From: Alphaproteobacteria bacterium
GTDB lineage: Bacteria; Pseudomonadota; Alphaproteobacteria; UBA2966
Reading direction: 5' to 3'
NCBI GenBank assembly: GCA_964291395.2
Contig: OZ219856.1
Coordinates: forward strand, 64,001-128,000
Length of the DNA: 64,000 bases
Below the pieces are notes generated by a model. The model saw only the letters and a list, made by a program, of their open reading frames with translations. It ran no database searches and was not told the origin of the DNA. This document shows positions 59,201 to 64,000 of the stretch, piece after piece. A program made the position numbers and the translations under genes. Each line of letters opens with the position of its first letter. Position 1 is the first letter of the stretch.

Positions 59201-59730
59201 TCGCCCGGCTGCGCCAGGGGATCTCCGGCCTCAACCGGGAAGGGCGCGCGCGCATGCAGACGGCGTTCAAGGCCGTGGACGGCCACTTCGGCGAGCTCTT
59301 CAAGCGGCTGTTCGGCGGCGGGGAGGCGCGGCTCACGCTCGTCAACTCCGAGGATCCGCTGGAGGCCGGTCTGGAGATCCTCGCGAGCCCGCCGGGAAAG
59401 CGGCTTCAGGTGATGTCCCTGTTGTCCGGCGGCGAGCAGGCCTTGACGGCGACCGCCCTGCTGTTCGCCGTGTTCCTGACCAATCCGGCGCCGGTCTGCG
59501 TGCTCGACGAGGTCGACGCCCCTCTCGACGACGCGAACGTCGAACGTTTCATCGATCTGGTCGAGGAGATCGCCGGCGATACCGGGACGCGCTTCCTCAT
59601 CATCACCCACAACCCCATCAGCATGACGCGGATGGATCGGTTGTTCGGCATCACCATGGCCGAGCGCGGCGTGAGCCAGCTGGTGTCCGTCGACCTCGCC
59701 CAGGCGGAAGATCTGAGGGCCACCGCCTGA
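56275..59730 (+). CDS. smc: Chromosome segregation protein SMC
   Basis: 'GFKSF','GPNGCGKSN', coiled coils, hinge, 'LSGGEQ','LDEVDAPLDD'. Confidence 0.97.
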   Translation: MHFNRLRLSGFKSFVDAVELVIEPGLTGIVGPNGCGKSNLIEGLRWVMGETSAKKMRGSGMDDVIFNGTSGRPARNIAEAVLRLNNADRAAPARYNDHEEIEIARRIERGSGSDYRINGEEVRARDVQRLFADLATGAHATALVGQGEIGSVIDAKPEQRRSLLEEAAGITGLHSRRHEAELRLRAAETNLERLDDVMQNMDLQLRSLKRQARQATRYRNLSGHIRKAQALLLHLRWTAAEGGWADARRRLAEAGTHVTGLTREAARASAAETGKAETLPPLRENEAGCAARIHRLTSAQEWLDEEERRVRALAEQLRTRSAQIGEDTAREEEQRQEATARLESLSLEGEEIEALQAAREDAAARAEERAETARRILAGRERELELETERVATEAARREGLEGERTDLEGRLEQAAARLEALREERRDLEAEGDGGDTEGDAEPGRLRASVAEARGAADDAEAARSAAQGEEARARDVLQAAEGELARSRAEADALMDLLSVNEDGLWPPLVDSVTVEPGYEAALGAALGDDLALSGDDGAPAHWRNLPPLGSAPPLPSGAEPLSRNVKAPDALGRRLSQIGVVADQATGDRLREDMRQGQRLVTRDGALWRWDGYTVRSGASTTAATRLSQRNRLKALQDVIGTRTAAVSAARTGFAAAREAETAAVAADGEARARLRRALEELRACEERRAASAEARTRRESRLAAIAEAAGALDADREAARKRLEGIAAGLAALADPEAQRGALDALRADVAGLRAEAGDAASELRRVQDEAAGRAKRLLALDEERVYWRQRLESAASQLERLAAREAEAREALADAEARPRALAEQRAGLLEKAAAAEAERREAADVLARAETELDALSRASREAQASLAEAREERVRMEGLVSRAEQLKSDISRNMAETLECTPAEAASIAEVSGDRDPPRPEAVEGRLERLKRERENMGPVNLRAEAEATDLSEQLSAMQGEREDLEAAIARLRQGISGLNREGRARMQTAFKAVDGHFGELFKRLFGGGEARLTLVNSEDPLEAGLEILASPPGKRLQVMSLLSGGEQALTATALLFAVFLTNPAPVCVLDEVDAPLDDANVERFIDLVEEIAGDTGTRFLIITHNPISMTRMDRLFGITMAERGVSQLVSVDLAQAEDLRATA

Positions 59731-59789
59731 GTGGCCGGATATCCATTTATTGTATATATTTCAATAAGTTGTCCGTGATCGGGCGGCGC

Positions 59790-59818
59790 TTGACAGGCTC
59801 GGACCCACTCCCTATTGT
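59790..59818 (+). promoter_or_regulatory. Sigma70 promoter of the atp F0 operon
   Basis: TTGACA-N17-TATTGT. Confidence 0.65.
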
Positions 59819-59881
59819 GCGCGCGGCTTTTTCGTGATTCCGCCATAGCGGTTGGACGCGGGACGGGACGGGAGCCGGCAG

Positions 59882-60214
59882 ATGGGCAATCCGCCCGAAC
59901 GCGACGAAGGCGAGGTCTCGCCCCTCGACGACCTCGGCAGCCGGCTGAAGCGGGCGCGCGGCGCCCAACCCGTCGAACCGGATCCGGCGACTCCGCGAAG
60001 CGGACTGGCCACGGCCCTGCGGCTGGCGGCGGAGATGATCTCGGCCCTGATCGTCGGGGGGGGCATCGGGTGGTTTCTCGACCATTGGCTCGACACCAGG
60101 CCGTGGCTGTTGTTGGTCTTTCTCCTGCTCGGAGCCATTGCAGGCATGTTGAACGCCTACCGCGCCGCCATGCGAATGTCCGCCGAGCACGAATCGACTC
60201 CGTCCGGCAATTGA
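59882..60214 (+). CDS. atpI: ATP synthase protein I (AtpZ/AtpI)
   Basis: 'IGWFLDHWLDTRPW..LLLGAIAGMLN'; precedes atpB. Confidence 0.88.
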   Translation: MGNPPERDEGEVSPLDDLGSRLKRARGAQPVEPDPATPRSGLATALRLAAEMISALIVGGGIGWFLDHWLDTRPWLLLVFLLLGAIAGMLNAYRAAMRMSAEHESTPSGN

Positions 60215-60248
60215 GTCCCGGCTATTTCGACGTGGTGGCCCCCGGTAA

Positions 60249-60986
60249 ATGGCCGTGAAAGAACAAAGTCCCCTGCAGCAGTTCGAGATCAGCCGGCTGG
60301 TGGACATCCAGGTCGGCGGCCTGGACGCCTCGTTCACGAATTCGTCCCTGATGATGGTCTTCGTCCTGGCGCTCGCCGTCGTGTCGCTCGGCGCCGGCAT
60401 GCGCAAGCGCGCGATGGTTCCCGGGCGCTGGCAGTCGATCGTCGAGCTGACCTACGAATTCATCGCCAACATGCTGCGCGAGAACGTGGGCAGCGAAGGA
60501 CGGCGCTATTTCCCGTTCGTCTTCACGCTGTTCATGTTCATCCTGTTGTGCAACCTGCTCGGTCTGGTTCCGTACAGCTTCACCGTCACCAGCCACATCG
60601 TGGTGACCTTCGCGCTCGCCGCGGTCGTGTTCGTCGGCGTCACCGTCATCGCGCTGGTCCGCCACGGGTTCAGGTTCTTCACGTTCTTCGTCCCGCCCGG
60701 GCTTCCCGTGGTCCTCGCGCCGCTGCTCGTCCCGATCGAGGTGATCTCCTATCTGGCGCGTCCCGTGACCCTGTCGCTGCGGCTGTTCGCCAACATGATG
60801 GCCGGGCACACCATGCTGAAGGTCTTCGGCGGCTTCGTCGTGGCCCTGGGGCTCTTCGGCTTCGCGCCCTTCGTCTTCATCATCGCGATCTACGCGCTCG
60901 AGCTGATCGTCGCGGTGCTGCAGGCCTACGTGTTCACGGTGCTGACGTGCCTCTATCTGAACGACGCGATCCACCTCCAGCATTGA
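60249..60986 (+). CDS. atpB: F0 ATP synthase subunit a
   Basis: 'PLQQF','SFTNSS','RLFANMMAGH','LQAYVF'. Confidence 0.97.
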   Translation: MAVKEQSPLQQFEISRLVDIQVGGLDASFTNSSLMMVFVLALAVVSLGAGMRKRAMVPGRWQSIVELTYEFIANMLRENVGSEGRRYFPFVFTLFMFILLCNLLGLVPYSFTVTSHIVVTFALAAVVFVGVTVIALVRHGFRFFTFFVPPGLPVVLAPLLVPIEVISYLARPVTLSLRLFANMMAGHTMLKVFGGFVVALGLFGFAPFVFIIAIYALELIVAVLQAYVFTVLTCLYLNDAIHLQH

Positions 60987-61043
60987 GGCCGCGAGCGATC
61001 CCGTAACCGCAACACATCAGTCAGCAATAGAAGGACCCAAGAA

Positions 61044-61268
61044 ATGGAACTCGAAGCAGCCAAGCAGATCGGCGCCGGTCTCGCGACCATCGGACTCGCC
61101 GGCGTCGGCGTCGGCATCGGCAACATCTTCGCGAGCTACGTCGCCGCGGGCATCCGCAATCCGGCCGCCGCGCCGCGGATGTTCGGGCAGGTGCTTCTCG
61201 GCTTCGCGCTGGTCGAGGCGGTGGCCCTGTACGCGCTGGTCATCGCGTTCCTCATCCTGTTCGGCTAG
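61044..61268 (+). CDS. atpE: F0 ATP synthase subunit c
   Basis: 'IGAGLA','RNP','LGFALVEA'. Confidence 0.97.
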   Translation: MELEAAKQIGAGLATIGLAGVGVGIGNIFASYVAAGIRNPAAAPRMFGQVLLGFALVEAVALYALVIAFLILFG

Positions 61269-61302
61269 GCGGGATCGGGACTCCGCCCCGGAGGCGCCCC
61301 TC

Positions 61303-61794
61303 GTGCCGCAACTCGCGACCGCCGACTTCGCGCCCCAGCTGATCTGGCTGGCGATCACCTTCATCGCGCTCTACCTCGTGATGTGGCGGGTCGTGCTGCC
61401 GCGGATCGTCGACGTCCTCGAGGAACGGCAGCGCCGGATCGACGACGACCTGGTGACGGCGGAAGGCCTGAAGCGCGAGGCCGACGAGGCCCTAGCCGCC
61501 TACGAGAAGGCGCTGGCGGACGCGCGGGCGGACGCGCACGGGACGGCGTCGGAGACGCGGGACGCCATCAAGAAGCAGGCGGCCGAGCGGGAGGCCGAGC
61601 TCGACGCGACGCTCGCCCGCGAAAACGAGGAGTCGGACGCGCGAATCCGCGCCGCGCAGGAGGAGGGCCGGGCGCACGTCCGGCACATCGCCATCGACGC
61701 GGCCCGCGCCGTCACGTGGAGACTGATCGGCGCGGACGTCGACGACGCGGCCGCCGCCGCCGCCGTCGATGCCGCGTTGGCGGGGGACCGATAG
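61303..61794 (+). CDS. atpG: F0 ATP synthase subunit b'
   Basis: 'MPQL..F.PQLIWLAITF..LY..LPRI'. Confidence 0.9.
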   Translation: MPQLATADFAPQLIWLAITFIALYLVMWRVVLPRIVDVLEERQRRIDDDLVTAEGLKREADEALAAYEKALADARADAHGTASETRDAIKKQAAEREAELDATLARENEESDARIRAAQEEGRAHVRHIAIDAARAVTWRLIGADVDDAAAAAAVDAALAGDR

Positions 61795-62274
61795 ATGTTC
61801 GACGCCTCGTTCTGGGTCGCCGTCGCCTTCGTGGCTTTCGTCGGGATCCTGGTGCGCTTCGCCTACGGGCGGATCGTCGGGGCGCTCGACGCGCGCGCTG
61901 CCCGCATCGAGAACGAGATCGAAGAAGCCAAGCGCCTTCGCGAAGAGGCGCGGCAATTGCTGGCCGGCTACCAGCGCAGGCACCGGGACGCCGTCAAGGA
62001 GGCCGAGGAGATCGTCGAGCAGGCCAAGGCCGACGCGGAACGGATGGCGGCGCAGGCGGCCGCCGATCTCGAGGCGGAGATCAGGCGGCGCACCGAATTG
62101 GCGCACGCCAAGATCGCCCGGGCGGAGGCCCAGGTGATCGAGGACGTCCGCGACATGGCCGTCGACGCCGCCGTGCGGGCGGCGGGCCGGCTCGTCCGGG
62201 AGCGCCTGGGCGAGGAGCAGGCCGGGAAGATCGTCGACGACGCGATCTCGGAACTCGGCCGCAAGGCCCACTGA
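61795..62274 (+). CDS. atpF: F0 ATP synthase subunit b
   Basis: 'FWVAVAF','LDARAARI..EIEEA.RLREEA'. Confidence 0.93.
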   Translation: MFDASFWVAVAFVAFVGILVRFAYGRIVGALDARAARIENEIEEAKRLREEARQLLAGYQRRHRDAVKEAEEIVEQAKADAERMAAQAAADLEAEIRRRTELAHAKIARAEAQVIEDVRDMAVDAAVRAAGRLVRERLGEEQAGKIVDDAISELGRKAH

Positions 62275-62323
62275 GGATTTCCCGACCGCGGCGCGGCGCC
62301 GCCTCGGCGTCTCCGCCGTCGTT

Positions 62324-64000
<1,677 letters not shown>

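Noticed and set aside
55672-59610. 1312-aa antisense ORF over smc, and similar long shadow ORFs over yej, pepA and the S8 gene
   Set aside because: Expected stop-poor shadow frames of high-GC genes with no protein motifs
59882-62274. F0-only atp operon lacking F1 genes
   Set aside because: Split F0 and F1 operons are the normal alphaproteobacterial arrangement

Overview
High-GC alphaproteobacterial chromosomal segment, judged from the gene orders yej-hisN-cycM-kdsB-pheA and dsbA-smc-atpIBEF'F. Housekeeping blocks lie at both ends (1-13.7 kb and 54-64 kb) and flank a roughly 40 kb mosaic accessory region. That region contains: (i) a complete DUF2282/DUF692/DUF2063/DoxX (bufferin-type, MNIO) RiPP operon; (ii) a surface-lipoprotein export locus with a Slam/T11SS (DUF560-type) translocator, five predicted TbpB-barrel-like lipoproteins in three paralog families, a silent variant 3' copy of one of them, an AbiE-type module inserted between the two copies, and a nearby lipidated subtilisin autotransporter; (iii) about 12 toxin-antitoxin loci, six of which keep a plausible antitoxin while the toxin is deleted or truncated, interleaved with single cargo genes and short duplicated or chimeric gene fragments; (iv) a candidate promoter-to-terminator small RNA at about 44.6 kb. 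I saw no tRNA, rRNA, CRISPR array, intact transposase or intact integrase. Several single-base frameshifts fall in short homopolymers and may be sequencing errors. All family assignments come from motif recognition by eye, not database searches.
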